NCBI GenBank assembly: GCA_973895155.1
Contig: OZ316897.1
Location: forward strand, 16,565,938 to 16,629,937
Source: Marsupella aquatica
Lineage: Eukaryota; Plantae; Marchantiophyta
Direction of reading: 5' to 3'
DNA length: 64,000 bases
The notes beneath the pieces are model-generated. The model ran no database searches. It saw only the letters and a list, made by a program, of their open reading frames with translations, and was not told the DNA's origin. Of this stretch, positions 1 to 13,128 are shown in pieces (position 1 is the first letter of the stretch; each line of letters opens with the position of its first letter). The position numbers and the translations under genes were made by a program.

Positions 1-439
1 CGGTGGCAAATCGGAAGGCGCCTGTTCCACCAACGACCGCAAATTCTCTGGGCCAGACGTTGAATCCAAATTGCCCTTGTACAGATAAGGTGCCGTTGTA
101 GGTCGGAGTACTGAGCGTAAGTACGTAATTGATGAAAACGTTTTGGGTACCAATGGTGGCGAAACCAGGTTCCACACCCAGAAGTGCTGACGTGCTCTCA
201 CGTCCGGCTCTCAAGGTGTTGCTAAAAGTTTGAATGGTGCCGAAGCCTACTTCGCTTAAGTTTCCGCTCGTTGTCGACACGGTAATCAATGTGGCAGCCG
301 GCCCCGCCTGTCGATCTTCGTGCACGTAGAGGGTCAGTGCGTGAATTTTAGCTTCAACTCCGACTGATAAAAGAGAGGGCAGGAAACACAGCAGAAGGAC
401 CACCTGCTGACCAGCAGACATACTCGATCTGGACCTCAT
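1..439 (-). CDS. Dirigent-family protein, 5' part (3' end beyond left edge of window)
   Basis: Manual translation from ATG at 439: MRSRSSMSAGQQVVLLLCFLPSLLSVGVEAKIHALTLYVHED...GFGTIQTFSNTLR...YNGTLSVQG...REFAVVGGTGAFRFAT. Signal peptide plus dirigent motifs (LYVHE, FGTI, GTLSVQG, VVGGTGxFRFA). Absent from ORF track because no stop lies in the window. Confidence 0.9.
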   Translation of the reverse strand, partial: MRSRSSMSAGQQVVLLLCFLPSLLSVGVEAKIHALTLYVHEDRQAGPAATLITVSTTSGNLSEVGFGTIQTFSNTLRAGRESTSALLGVEPGFATIGTQNVFINYVLTLSTPTYNGTLSVQGQFGFNVWPREFAVVGGTGAFRFAT

Positions 440-464
440 TGCTCGTAGCTCAGATTATGAGTTT

Positions 465-596
465 GAGAATGCAATGTAGCCGTCACAAGCACCGCGCTTA
501 CAGATCTGAAGATTGCAGCTCGATCAGTTTATGAATTTGAGATTGCAATGTAGTCGTCACAATCACCGCGCTCACATGCAGATCTGAAGATTGCAC
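465..596. repeat. Imperfect ~74-bp tandem duplication just upstream of dirigent gene 1
   Basis: gagaatgcaatgtagccgtcacaagcaccgcgct...cagatctgaagattgca is repeated as gagattgcaatgtagtcgtcacaatcaccgcgct...cagatctgaagattgca. Confidence 0.8.
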
Positions 597-1078
597 GAAA
601 GTGGTCAACTGGTTAATCCCGACTAATTGAAAAGAGAGACTAACTGACTTGTTAGGGACTGACTGATCTTCCCGGATCGAAACAAAGCATCCATACATAA
701 CGAAATTATCTATAATCAGAAACGCGTCAAGATGACAGGCAACAAATGTAAGAGCAACAGATGCAAAACACACGAGATGGGAGGATGAAGTCAACTGTGC
801 TGAACGCAGGTGAACTAAAGTCGATGCAGAAGTGAGACCAACTGAGACATTGACGCTACACAACAACCTTTACAAGTAATTCCCACTTGCCTGGACAAAA
901 AGTCTCTATTCGTTTGGCGCCGAAACGAATGGGACCGTAATCCGAACGAAGCATTCACCTTTGATCTGGGATAAGGGACAACAGTCAAACGATGAACTCA
1001 GATCTGTAAGGCAAATGGAACGAGCATAGTAAATAAGGTACTAGCGGCACCTACTTATAGGGATTCGGAGGCTCTATC

Positions 1079-1184
1079 AGGCGCGACAGGCAAAGGAGGC
1101 AGTCAACACTCGAGGCGCGACAGGCAAAGGAGGCAGTCAACACTCGAGGCGCGACAGGCAAAGGAGGCAGTCTAACACTCGAGG
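1079..1184. repeat. 34-bp tandem repeat, 3 copies
   Basis: aggcgcgacaggcaaaggaggcagtcaacactcg x3; third copy has a 1-nt insertion. Confidence 0.95.
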
Positions 1185-4100
1185 TATATGTGACTCCGAA
1201 CGATGGTACCGGACTCAATTTATATTATAAGCAGCACCTTCCTGAAGGCTGGTGCTGACATCAGTGCGTACGTGGCTAAGTAACCAAAAAGCGAGACCAG
1301 CGCAGGCATGGATCAATGTCACCGGAGATGTTCCGGACTGTTTTCGAGTTCGAACACATCGCTTCGATGACCCCTTGAAGTGAAATTTTGTTTGCGGTCT
1401 CTACGGCGACAATTTTTGGAAGCAATAAAGAGTGAAACAGTTTAGACACCAAAAGCGAATGATCATGGAATCTTTTAACAGGATATGGCTCTTGGTGCCA
1501 GGATCGAGCCAATCAGACTCTAAACTCCATTCTTTGTGCCAGGATTGAGCCCACCAGCCTAGTCAGACTCTCACTACTTGAGCAAAGGACTAAAGGAAAT
1601 AATGATAAAAGTACAATAAAGTACAAGCACGTCCAAACTAAGAGGACAAACACCAACCCAAATAAGAAGCCTAATGCAAGCTCCAAAACTAAAGGACTCA
1701 TTCAAAGGTGAGTTAAGTGAAGGCTTTCTACATAGGAGATTTCATCATAACTCGATAAGGAACTACTCCTAACAAAGTGTTCATTTAAATTTCACAATGA
1801 ATGAAGTCTAGGGAGAGATACAGAGGCCCATATAATTGTCATATGGCTGACTAAAGTGGAGAAAAAGACCTTACGAGGCCCCATCTTTTGAAAGGGACTC
1901 CCTGGCCCACAGTCTCCATATGCCCCTGCATATATCCTTTGTAACCTCACTCTCTCTAGCCCTTGCAGTGCTCCACTGTCAACCATCCTGTAAAACGCAG
2001 CCCTAGTGTCCCTACCTGGCTATTTCTGCTATAGCACACTCCCTTCTTTCCCCTCTTCTGGTCACCACATTGCACCATGTATCTTGGTATACTAGAGGCT
2101 TCCTTACTTCCTGCAGGAGGAGGGCAAGAGGCTGGAGGGAAAGTTTTGGGGGTGCACTGCTTAGGGTGTCTCAAAGTAGGGCCCCATTGATTTTCTGCAC
2201 ACAGAATCATATGGATTGGGTCATAGGATTTTTTGCCACTAACTCGTACATTTACTGAACAATTTCACAATTAAGTCTAGGGTGAGATACATAGGCCCAT
2301 ATAATTGTGGTGACGCTAACTGATGTGTTCATCTGACTTTATTGAACAAGTTCACAATAAAGTATGGGTGAGATGCATAGGCCAATCGTCGGACCATCAC
2401 AAACACCCATCATCTGGAAATTTGCAAGAGCGAGGTTTACATACTTTAGTTAAGAAATGGAGGAGTTGTGACGTTGGGTTTCAAAAGTCAATAAATATGG
2501 TATCTCAGAGTGACAGGTTTTGCTCTGTTCAACTCGAACAGTCAGAATGTGACCATGGAATATCAAATTGAAATATACGACAGAAATCTTATTCATGCCC
2601 AAATATCTATACTTGAATTTTGGTTCATTGTGATCCATTCATCCAATAAGGCAACGTGGCCTATCCCCTGTCTCAGTCATATATAAGACACAATAATCTC
2701 GAAGGGAAGAGGACTTCACGAGTCACGCGAGTCATGTTGTCTTTCGTACAACGATCCACGTCCATGTCTGAATGCAATTCATCTCCATCCAATTAATGAC
2801 CCAAGGGAGTGAGCCGAAAATCTCTCTTCGGGAATTGGGGCCAATGCAGTCATCCAACAACGAAGAATCTTACCAAACAGAAACTAACCACAAAAGATAA
2901 TCACACCCAACCCTATTTTTATCAGGGGAAACGCAATGTCATATTGGCTCTTGAAATTTCTGAGAAACGACAGTTGTCATTAAGTAGGTCGTGGGTACAT
3001 ACGGCAACTTGGATTGTGGCCTACATACAGTACTGTTCTGAGTGCACACTCATGGGAAGAAGCCAGGGCCTTGCACTTACATGTGGTACTACATGATAAG
3101 TGCAATTTGCACTTATAGATAGGTAACAGGATGATCCTTCTTGCTGCTATTATTCCTACCTTCAGTCATTCCTCTTTGTACTTATAAATAACAGTTCGAC
3201 GTACAAGTTATTGCTCTACCCAGAACTGTGCATGTTCCCTTCAAAGAGCTTTGGACTTACACATTTGTTGTTTGTAAAGCCCTCTTTGCACTTCTAAACA
3301 GTGCAAAATGGTCCAAAAGAGAATGGAATGCCTTGCAATTAGCCACGTTTTTCACCTGTGGAGTGTGCACTTAAATAGAGCCTACCTTGCTTGGGCACTT
3401 GCCCATCGCCTATTGCCCTTTACCTGCATTTTGCTCCCTCGAGTGCTCCTGGCCTTGCCTATCAACTTCAGAGTACACCTCAGTCCTTGGTGCATGAATC
3501 TGAAGTATCATTTCCATCACCAATGATCTCTCAATTTTTTCTAGTGAACAAGTCACGTGTGTTGTTGTCATTTTTTGTGGCATCGTTTGAACTCCTGGCT
3601 ATGAATTCACCCTTCCCTTTTGCCTCCAACCCAATCAATCCATACTCCTCTGCCCAACAGCCATTGAACTCAAGTACATTGTGCACTCCACTTTCATTTC
3701 AAACGGCACAATTGAGTTTGTGGAAACTTGCGTCATTTTCCCTCCTGCCTCCATAGTGCCTTCACTAATATTTTTCATCTCCAATTGTTCATTTGACCCT
3801 CCCTTCCCTCTAGTTTGAATACACTCTCAGAGAAGCACCCATCATCTATCCTGTTCCATGCTCAAAAGGTGGGGTTGAAGCAAACACTCTCTCTTCTGCT
3901 GACAGTTTGCAAGGACAACCTGAAACTACGTATATTGTTCCTGTGGTTCTAGCATTGGCCTGAATAATGGGACATACGAGAGCACAAAATTGATGGAATT
4001 ATGGTCAACTTGTTGGAGGATTTTAGATTGTTCTACCTAATACATCATTAATTAGCTGGGATATGGGCGCTACCTGTGGATTGACTCCCCCATCTCAATA

Positions 4101-5042
4101 CTGAAAGCACTGAAACATGCTTAGGTGTGCAACAAGAGCTCTGCCTCAATCATAAGAATCTGCTGCAGCAAGTTCTGGCATGCTACATAATCCTCCTCAT
4201 CACCGCTGCTGCCCTTGATGGTATCTAGGTCACTCTGGAAAAACAATATGATTGTCACCTCCATGGCTGTACCATCCATCTCTAACCTTCTGTTTGTTCT
4301 ATCTCACAGGCTGAATCTCTTGGTCTTGCTCTGAATACAATCTCAGTCTTGCCAAGTGAAACTCCCAACCCTAATTGCTGTCTAAGCTGCTTGATGCCTT
4401 CACTTAATTTTTGCTCAATGTGCCTCGCTAATGGGTCATTGGATGTGTACTACCCTGTTAATCAAAGGTATCCATTGTTCAAACCTGAGAACCGGGTCCA
4501 AGAATAGTGCCACACCCAGATGCACAAAAAATGCACAAGAAAATGCACCCCGACTGCAACACATGTCCATGGTTCACTAACTTGACCATGATTTTTCAAC
4601 TAACTTCAACATGGGGGACTTTGCAGATATGGACAGTTCACCCATGATTTTTGAAAATCAATGATTCAAAGGAGGGTGACTTTTGGGATATCTCTAAAGT
4701 CAGACGGAAATTGGGGAAAGGATGCAGGATACATCTATGACACCAACAGATCACCAACACAATGCTGTTTTTAAGTTCCCAAAATAGCTTTTAGGGCCCT
4801 TTTCGTTATGGTTGACTGGGCTCCAGCTGTATGGCAGCCTTCTAAAAAATGGTTATTTTTCTCCAGCCTGGCCTCACAATTTTGGGTAATACACACCCTC
4901 ACAAAGAAGAAAGAATTTTTTGTTGGGTCAAAAGATAATAAGTGAGTACCATGGGCTCCTTATATGGAGAAATATTTAAATAACCACAAAAAGATTTAAG
5001 ACTTTTAAAGTTTTATAGGACAAAGTTTTTGAGTTATATGCT

Positions 5043-6225
5043 TGATGGCCTTCATGTGTAACTTTCTTACCTGATGGGCAGGCCCTATAAAACTTTTTTG
5101 ACCTAATAGGCCCCTTGCTACACTTTTGCATCAGTTGTTCTTCTAGCAATCACTCTGACCAAATTTTGCTTGATGCAATGACCAACTATGTTTTCAAAAA
5201 ACTTTGTGGTCAACCATGACTGTAAGGCAAACTTCACTGTCAAACCCCACACCCAACCTTACATGGTAACAATGCGATTAGAGGAACCGTGGAATTGTGA
5301 CCGCCGCTACCCAAACTGCAAGGTGAAGACAATATGGATTATGTCTTCAGATATGAACCACGGATGCTACACAAACTGCGACGTGAAGACAATATGGATT
5401 ATGTCTTCAGATATGAACCGCGGATGCTACACAACTGCGACGTGAAGTTAATATGGATTATTTATGTCTTTGGATCTGAACCGCGGACACTACATGAACT
5501 GCAAAGTGAAGACAATATGGATTATGTCTTCGAATTTGAATTTCACCTACTCCACACAAGGTTTTCTTGAGGTATTTGATTTGTGACTATCATTTTGGAG
5601 GACATGTGGGGTTGTTATGATCCTGGTACTTCCCCAAGTACTTCCACTAGCACTTTTTCTATCATTGGCCAGTGGGCACTTGTTTACTGTCACTAGGCAC
5701 TAAAGAAGGCACTGGGCTTCAATCAACAACCTGAAGGTATTGACAAAATCTGAGCATCAAGCATCGACAAAAGCCCAATCATTGACAAAACCCAAGTGCT
5801 TCCCTTCCACAACACAAAGAATCAACAAGCGATGATTGTCAGGTAGTGGCGACAACCCTAAACCTGTCACAACACACGAATACATAAATGCTAAGTATAT
5901 GTCTTCATGGCTAAACCCACCCCCACCCTATTCAGAACCCCATTGTCGACTATGTTGTTAGTCACTCGATTGGGAGCATGGTTCATTATGGTGTGGACCA
6001 TGGTGGACTAGATGTAACACACAATGTACAACATAGAGACAGTTTGTTGTGGTCAACTACACAGTTTGGCACCTCACAAGAACAGTGAGTACGGCTCATT
6101 AAGAGGGGCCTATTAGGTAAAAATGTTTACTAGGGGCCTATTAGGTAAGAAAAGTTTGGTAGGGGCCATCAGGTAAGAAAGTTAGGTAAGAAAGTTAGGG
6201 GGAAAGTCCATGGGAAGCCCATCCC
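5043..6225. mobile_element. Degenerate non-autonomous TIR element (MULE/MITE-like)
   Basis: aactttcttacctgatgg...acctaataggcccct (~5060-5115) is the inverted match of aggggcctattaggtaag...ccatcaggtaagaaagtt (~6132-6184). No TSD found; boundaries approximate. Confidence 0.5.
5312..5531. repeat. ~60-bp tandem repeat, ~4 copies, each with a GAAGACA...TGTCTTC hairpin
   Basis: gtgaagacaatatggattatgtcttcagatatgaacc(a/g)cggatgctacac(a)aactgcgac repeated. Confidence 0.9.
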
Positions 6226-8832
6226 CAACAGCATTCAGCCCTGCCATAGAAATAGACCTAGAATAACTTCAACCTGCCATGCAGGAACAGAGAATTCTAA
6301 TAATCATCATTGCCAACAACACGATGCTTAATTGCTGACAGAACTACTCAAATCTGGAAACAAATCAACGTCGTTGCAGCAAATTTAGCCTACCATGACA
6401 TTGCTTTGTTAACTAACATATTTTTGAAATTATGGGGACTAGTGGGGTCCGGGCCGACGGGCACTCCCTGCCCGTACTTCATGGAACCCTTCTCTAAATG
6501 ACGAGCAATTGCACTAAAAGTGATCTTCCCAGGCTCCCACTATGTCAGTGTAGCCACATACAGTCATACTAACATAGCCACATACTGACATGGTGTACCC
6601 GCATGCAGTCAATCTAACTTCATTGGGTACGCCCGAGCTAGTGGAGGCGGACTGGTAGCCTAATCCAAGTCAAAGAACACCAGAAAGCTCCACACACTTG
6701 GACGAACAGAAGTCAGGAGAGGCAAAGAGTTCGAAACAACAATTAATTGTTACACTACAACAACATGTGCAGTAATTAAGTCGCTGTCTCTCCTCACGGC
6801 GACGGGGGTTCCACGCATCTGATTCCTGTTACAATAAAAGGCCCAGAATGTCGCACGGTGACCATGGGGCTGCGTGCGCATTTGGTACTGAGAATGCGGC
6901 ACGGGTGATGGGCGCCAACGAACTTCCATGTCACAAATATCAGCACTACAATTTTAAACTTGCACATTGCATGGCCAGATGGCCTGGAAACCACTGGAAA
7001 CCTTCCGCTACTTGTGAAGGAATAGAACATTAATACCAGACTGGACTGACCATGAAAATGGAATCTGTTGCATGATTTGCCCTTTTAGTACATAAATCTA
7101 TACTTTTGTATTGTAGTAAATTGAGAGATCTAAAATTGGACAGGTGCCTGCAGTGTTCATTCACCAACCTTTGATTCAAAAGTGTGCCCTTGCACAATCA
7201 CAAGCCTACCAACCCAATCGGCATGCTGTTCCCTATGGCACCTAAGAAATGAAGCTTCTGTCAGGCACTCAGGCAGCAATGTTTCTGTTTTCGTGCAAGC
7301 TCAATCTAATCTGTCGCAAAACGGCGTATCGCTCCGACTGTAGTCACTAAACCCCTCCAACTCTAAACCCTGATTTCGCTTCGGATCCCGTGGCGTCCAC
7401 CGTTCTCCATCACCTACTATTATAATTAGAGTGACAGTGCATTTGCTCAGCTGTATATGCAAAATTTTGAAATAACTTCTTTAAAACTGTGACCACACGG
7501 CACACGTGGACTTCTGAGGAATTTGTAGGTTTCAGGAAGGAAGACCACGTTTCTATTTTGACCGGCAGATTCAGTCCTGATGAATGCGTAAGCGGGGGAG
7601 GACAGAAAAATAATATATAATCGCAGATACAGTAGCGTCAGTAATCTTTCCGGCTGCCTTGCACGGTACCCCTGGATGCATTCCCGGATATCTTACACGG
7701 ATACGACCACGGAATTCTTTCCTGAATTGTATAGATTCCATTTTCTTTCTTGGCCCTTTATTAGTAAATTTGAACTCTTCACAGTGTAATGGCTTACGGT
7801 TGCGGAGAAAATGTTTGCGAGGGCTTGGGCTGCATGCTATGCCATTGTCGTTCTCCATTTGGCAAACATCGGCGCCAATGCATGTCCTGCAAAGAAGCTT
7901 ACTAATTTTTTTTCTGAGTACGAATGTAATCTTTCAAGGCAAAATAATTACTTTCTTAGTCAGGAACCAACGTCCTCACTATCGACCACTCTGGCAACAT
8001 GAATCGCACCATTGTGTAGCTTCATAAACTTTTGAAGAAATCATTTTTTAAGTATTTGCACTAGCTATTTGTAGGAACTAACTCGTAAGGAAAGCATCTA
8101 AGGGACCTTGATAGTGATAGCGACAATCGGAGTCTATTTTCTGAGACCAATCATGGTGGATGATGAGACGTCTAAAACGGCCAAACTCGGAAGGTCTTCT
8201 AGGCAGCCATATTTCTCGAAGAACATGAAAGACCAAATTGATCCATATTTAAGGTCGCTCAAGTTTTTGGACATAAATATCCTGCTGCCTTTTAGTTACA
8301 AGTTTCTAAGGTATTCTCCGGAGCTGTCCGTCCGCGTGTTCTCTCAAAATTATGACTTTGGTCTCGAAGATAAGACATTGATAACTATACAATATGATTG
8401 CTCAAGCTTACTTGTGTTCAATTACTGCTAGCTTGCTATTGTGCAAATTTGGCGGGGCAATCGGATTTTCCCTTTCTTTGTTAGATTTGTACGAGTAAAT
8501 TTTTATTTTTTTTTGCCTCGAAAAAACCAATTGAATTTCATTCAAAAAGCCAACATACAATGGGGGTAGCCCACAAAGGGGGTCGGCACCCAGATGGACC
8601 CGGAGGTCATTAAGCCACACAAGCCGGGGGGGCCGGCACCAGGGAAGAAGCAATCCCAGAATGGGAGCTAAACAAGAAATTTAACAACTGCAGAAGGAGC
8701 GGCAAAACCCCCAAAGACCGGCCAGTGAACAGGGAACCGGCAAGGTACCCATCAGTGGATCCGTGATAGAGTCGCAAAAAAACTATCGGCCTAACCTGCA
8801 GCAAAGCTCCCCAACCTGAACACACAGGTGAT

Positions 8833-11800
8833 TCATGGCGGGCGTGGGGGAACTGGTGGCACTTGGAGTATCTCCTCGTGGATATCCCACAGCCCAGCCC
8901 AGGTCCCATAGTTGACAGACATGTCATTGAACGCATCTGCAAAAGAGGACTTGCCAGACTGAATTCTGGACTTGTGATTAGACCAATCTCGACGGAGGTA
9001 CACACTGAGGCGGTGCCAAGACATCTGAATTACTGTCCTCGCCTTCGATCTAGTAAGTTTGATGCAATGTGAGTTGCGATCCTTCCAAATGTACCAGCAA
9101 GTAATGGCCCGTAGGGTATGCCATAATTTCTCTGGTACATCCCAGAAATCAGGTAGAGGAGTCCCAACAAAAATGTGAGCCGGTTGGAGTTGAATGCTGC
9201 TGTTGCTGGTGGTTGCCGCCTTCTGTAGAACGTACTGGACCCATGACCAGACTGATTCTGAGACTGGGCAACTCCATATGCAATGAACCAGGTCTTCGTG
9301 CTGATTAAGAGTACATCTAGTGCACCATGTGTCGGGATCCGTCGGTGGAAGAGTCGGTAGGCGCCAGTGATGTGTAGCTGGTATCCTGTAGATTAATTGC
9401 CATAAGAAACAATTCTCATTCGCAGCCCTGTATGGAATCCAAGTATTAGCCCACAACATCTTCAGGTTGGGGGTCCAATTCAGTTGAATTGCCCACTTCC
9501 TTACCGCCTTGTGAGTTGTTGTCCTGAGTGGGCCCTGGATCTCCCTGAGATGAGCAGTGTTAGTCTCCAGGAATGGAGTTCCATCCTTCCATTCATATTG
9601 GAGTAGCATAGCCAATAGATTGGTTGGTCGCCCAATGCGCAAGTGATGGGGGCCAGTGGTCCTGTGGGATCTGGTCACCACACGATGTAAGGTTGTGTCT
9701 GATGGGGGGGCTGATGTAGCAATCTTATGCAGGACCCCATTCATGACCCTGAAGGTTCTGACTGGTGTGGAAATGTCACAAAACTGCTGCCAGCATGATG
9801 TGATGTGATTGCATTGTACCTTGAATTCCCAGATGAATAGGGTTCCACAAGGAAGCTTAGCTTCCATGAACACTGGGATCCTCTGCCTAGGGTTCCGGTG
9901 GAGTTCGGGTACACTAACCAAATTCCCAATCAATTTCCTGTACGCATGGGCGCAGTTGCCCGGTAGCAACCTGCTTGGACCATCCTCCCACCTTAGGAAC
10001 ACGCCACCAACTCCTAGCACGTCCTTCATGTGTACAAACCCTGCCCTGGATATCCTTCTCTGAGGGTTTCGCGAACACTTAGCTTGGCTGGGTTGGATAT
10101 GATTGAGGTGGGGTCTCCAAAGGGGGAGGTGCAGCCACCCCTCCAAGTGGCCAGGAGCCGTATGTCTGAGATTCTTCTTGATCACATTCCAACCGTTACA
10201 GATGTTGCGCCAGACCTGTGATCCATCCTTAGGTAGCATATGGCACTGTGAGACCACCCAGGAGAAGTCTGCAGTTCCCCACTTCTGCTTCGACAGCATC
10301 TTGATTTTGTACTGAAGTATACGCCGTAGCGGGTGGTCTTCCTCGGCTAGGGCCCAAAGAATGAAATTTCCAGTGAGCGCCCGAACCTGTGCAGCAAGGG
10401 AGATCAAACCGAGTCCACCAAATTTCTTTGGTCTAGTTATGGTAGCAAAATTAACCCTGGGCCTAGCCTTCTCATTCTGCCCTGCCCATATGAAGGCGGT
10501 AATCTTCTTCTGAAGGGTATCAATAGTGCGTTGTTGCCCTGCCCATACTGTCAGCATAAACCAGAGAGAACTCACAACAAGGTGATTGACAACGGTGACT
10601 CTGGCAGCAAGGGACCCTGCACTCTTCCTCATTTTATCTAGCCGCGACTCCAATTTTTCCGAGAGGGAGAGGATCATTTGTTGCTCCGATATGCCTCTAG
10701 CAAAGGGGATTCCAAGGAGCTTGGTGGCAGTAGTCGTATCCTCCCATTGCCAAGGCAGTCGTCGAAACTCTATGGGCATCCTTCTAGGAGAAATAAAGGC
10801 AGCCTTGGTCTTTTCCCAAACACAGAACAGGCCTGAAGCCATACCAAACAAATCCAAGATTCTGCGACTAGCTTCAACAAATTCAATTACAGCCCGAATG
10901 ATCATAGCTAGGTCGTCGGCAAAGAGATTATGGACGTAGTGTACACCAACCGCTTCAAAAATTACACCCTGGATGCATCCTCTATTGGTCTCCCATAATA
11001 TCATCCTGCTAAGAGCGTCGATGGCAATAAGGAATAACAGTGGTGACAGGGGGCATCCTTGGCGAACAGATCTGGCTAGGCTGAAGGGGGCAGTCATTTT
11101 ACCATTCAGGAGGATGGACGAAGTTGCCGAAGCCTGCGTGGCCTGCAAAAATTGGAGAAGTAACCCATCAAAGCCCACCTTCCGTAGCAGCGCCAACAGA
11201 AAACTCCACTCCAACTTGTCAAATGCTTTAGTCACGTCCAACTTCATGAGGATGAAGTCCATTCCCGTGGATTCCGCCTGGTGTATGGCCTCATTAAGAA
11301 GGAGAAGTGAGTGATGTATATTCCTCCCTGGGAGGAAAGCGAATTGTTGGGGTGTGATGAATCTTTGGAGAATCGGGGTGAGACGCAGTTGAAAAGCCTT
11401 GGCGCCAATTTTATAAATCACATTGAGCAAAGTAATGGGCCGCTTGTTGGTAAGGAGTCGTTGGTCGTCCTTCTTACACAGGAGGACAATGAGGCCCTTG
11501 GTGAAATTGGGTAAAAAATGGCCCTCCGCAATCCCAAGGAGCAACGCCCTGTGCAAAGTGGTACCAACTGATTGCCAATTGGCCACAAAAAATTCAACGG
11601 GAACCCCGTCGGGGCCCGGACACTTATTTTTGGCCAAAGCAGATGCAGCGTGGCCCAATTCCTCAACCGTAAGTGGTGCATTCAACATCTCCTTATCATC
11701 TGTAGTGATTCGCTCCGTCTGCATCTCAAGCACTCTTGCAAGGTGTTCAAGATGGAAGGCTTCAGATTTTCCCAAGAGGTCTTTGAAAAACTCGGTGGCA

Positions 11801-13128
11801 GCAGAGGCCATGCCATCCCAATCCCGAAGCAGAAGGCCATCTGCATCAAAAAGCTCATGGATCTCGTTGTTGACTGCTAGATTTTTGAAGGATTTGAAAA
11901 ACAATTTAGAGCATCGGTCCCCTTCCCCAATCCACCTTGATTGTAAGATGTAGTCCATCCACTGGGTTCTCTTCACCTCAAATTCCTGAAGAACCGTCTC
12001 AGCTTCTTTCACAGCAGCCTGCATTGCGGCATCATTTGGAGTCTGCTCCAGTAGAAGCTGAGAGCAAGCTAGATTCCCCCTGAGCGCCACTTCCTTCTGC
12101 CGCCGCTCGACAGCCTTCCGTTTCCCCCAACACCTGTCAATTTTCCGAGCCCTCCCTAAGCACCTAATGAGAATTGTGTCCGCAGATAATCCCCTTGCTA
12201 GACACCAACCCTCCTCCTTCTCCCACATTTGCGCAATCCGTTCCTGGTAGGCCCGCTGATGCTGATGGCTAGTATTCATACGATGTTGTGAGGGATGCTG
12301 CACGAAGGAGGTAGGGGAAAGAGTGGCCACGACCGGTGCATGGTCCGACAAAGCAATCCCTGGTAAGATAGTGGAGGAGACATTGAATTTGCAATGGTGG
12401 GTACAAGCAGAGGCATAGATTCGATCAAGTCTACGGAGGGTTCTAGAGCCAAGGGTGGTGGCAGACTGAATTATGGGGACATGACGAAAGAGTCGCTTGT
12501 TGTCCCAGCTGAATCTTAGGTGGCCCGGCTTGCAGTGGAATGTATCCTCCAGGTGAATCCGTCTCTTGAGGTGTCTCCAGGTTTGCATCTCACTACCAGA
12601 GAGAATTGAGCCAGCACCGCCCCTCATGTCCTCCGCAGCTTCCACCATATTAAAGTCCCCCATGACAATCCATCTATAGGAGGTGTCGATCGTGTTAAAC
12701 AGCGCCTGCCAGAGATCAATCCTACCTCTCCGAGAATTGGGTGCATAAATGCCAAGGAATCCCACCTTGCCCAGGCTTCCATGATTCAAACAGCACCAAG
12801 CCGCTCGCCCACAGGGGAGGGTCCCCTCCGAAGTCAAAAAAGGTAACAATTTTTTATTTAAAGCAATAGCCAGACCTCCGGTTCCAGCAGGAACCAAGGC
12901 GTTACTTCGGGAGCAAACCCCATCAGCCGCAGGAGCAACAATCCAATGGGCGGCACGCCAAACCTCATGTTCGAGCTTCTGCAGTCTGCCCATCCTCAAC
13001 TTATGCTCCTGAACGCACAAAACATCAATGTTCTTGTGGAGCCCCTCCAGAATGAAGCGGGCTCTGAGGCGACGTCTCCTGGATGCTAATCCCCTGAGGT
13101 TGTAAGAGACAATGGTGAGATTTGACAT
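8833..13128 (-). CDS. LINE ORF2: AP endonuclease + reverse transcriptase + zf-RVT (1431 aa, uninterrupted)
   Basis: EN motifs SYNLRGL, VQEHK, IYAPN, GDFN, RLDRIY, SDHAPV. RT motifs PGPDG, RPITLLN, QFAFLPGR, KLDVTKAFD, RQGCPLSPLLF, FADD. C-terminal CTRC...EDLVHCIWSC. Confidence 0.97.
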   Translation of the reverse strand: MSNLTIVSYNLRGLASRRRRLRARFILEGLHKNIDVLCVQEHKLRMGRLQKLEHEVWRAAHWIVAPAADGVCSRSNALVPAGTGGLAIALNKKLLPFLTSEGTLPCGRAAWCCLNHGSLGKVGFLGIYAPNSRRGRIDLWQALFNTIDTSYRWIVMGDFNMVEAAEDMRGGAGSILSGSEMQTWRHLKRRIHLEDTFHCKPGHLRFSWDNKRLFRHVPIIQSATTLGSRTLRRLDRIYASACTHHCKFNVSSTILPGIALSDHAPVVATLSPTSFVQHPSQHRMNTSHQHQRAYQERIAQMWEKEEGWCLARGLSADTILIRCLGRARKIDRCWGKRKAVERRQKEVALRGNLACSQLLLEQTPNDAAMQAAVKEAETVLQEFEVKRTQWMDYILQSRWIGEGDRCSKLFFKSFKNLAVNNEIHELFDADGLLLRDWDGMASAATEFFKDLLGKSEAFHLEHLARVLEMQTERITTDDKEMLNAPLTVEELGHAASALAKNKCPGPDGVPVEFFVANWQSVGTTLHRALLLGIAEGHFLPNFTKGLIVLLCKKDDQRLLTNKRPITLLNVIYKIGAKAFQLRLTPILQRFITPQQFAFLPGRNIHHSLLLLNEAIHQAESTGMDFILMKLDVTKAFDKLEWSFLLALLRKVGFDGLLLQFLQATQASATSSILLNGKMTAPFSLARSVRQGCPLSPLLFLIAIDALSRMILWETNRGCIQGVIFEAVGVHYVHNLFADDLAMIIRAVIEFVEASRRILDLFGMASGLFCVWEKTKAAFISPRRMPIEFRRLPWQWEDTTTATKLLGIPFARGISEQQMILSLSEKLESRLDKMRKSAGSLAARVTVVNHLVVSSLWFMLTVWAGQQRTIDTLQKKITAFIWAGQNEKARPRVNFATITRPKKFGGLGLISLAAQVRALTGNFILWALAEEDHPLRRILQYKIKMLSKQKWGTADFSWVVSQCHMLPKDGSQVWRNICNGWNVIKKNLRHTAPGHLEGWLHLPLWRPHLNHIQPSQAKCSRNPQRRISRAGFVHMKDVLGVGGVFLRWEDGPSRLLPGNCAHAYRKLIGNLVSVPELHRNPRQRIPVFMEAKLPCGTLFIWEFKVQCNHITSCWQQFCDISTPVRTFRVMNGVLHKIATSAPPSDTTLHRVVTRSHRTTGPHHLRIGRPTNLLAMLLQYEWKDGTPFLETNTAHLREIQGPLRTTTHKAVRKWAIQLNWTPNLKMLWANTWIPYRAANENCFLWQLIYRIPATHHWRLPTLPPTDPDTWCTRCTLNQHEDLVHCIWSCPVSESVWSWVQYVLQKAATTSNSSIQLQPAHIFVGTPLPDFWDVPEKLWHTLRAITCWYIWKDRNSHCIKLTRSKARTVIQMSWHRLSVYLRRDWSNHKSRIQSGKSSFADAFNDMSVNYGTWAGLWDIHEEILQVPPVPPRPP

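Noticed and set aside
1785-4470. Possible decayed gene (ULP1/MULE-like?) on minus strand, with a ~50-bp motif repeated at ~1790, ~2263, ~2351
   Set aside because: Only weak hints (a GDCG tetrapeptide); many stops; cannot assign a family by eye.
6753-6767. CACTACAACAAC, possible CACTA terminus
   Set aside because: No subterminal repeats, partner terminus or TSD.
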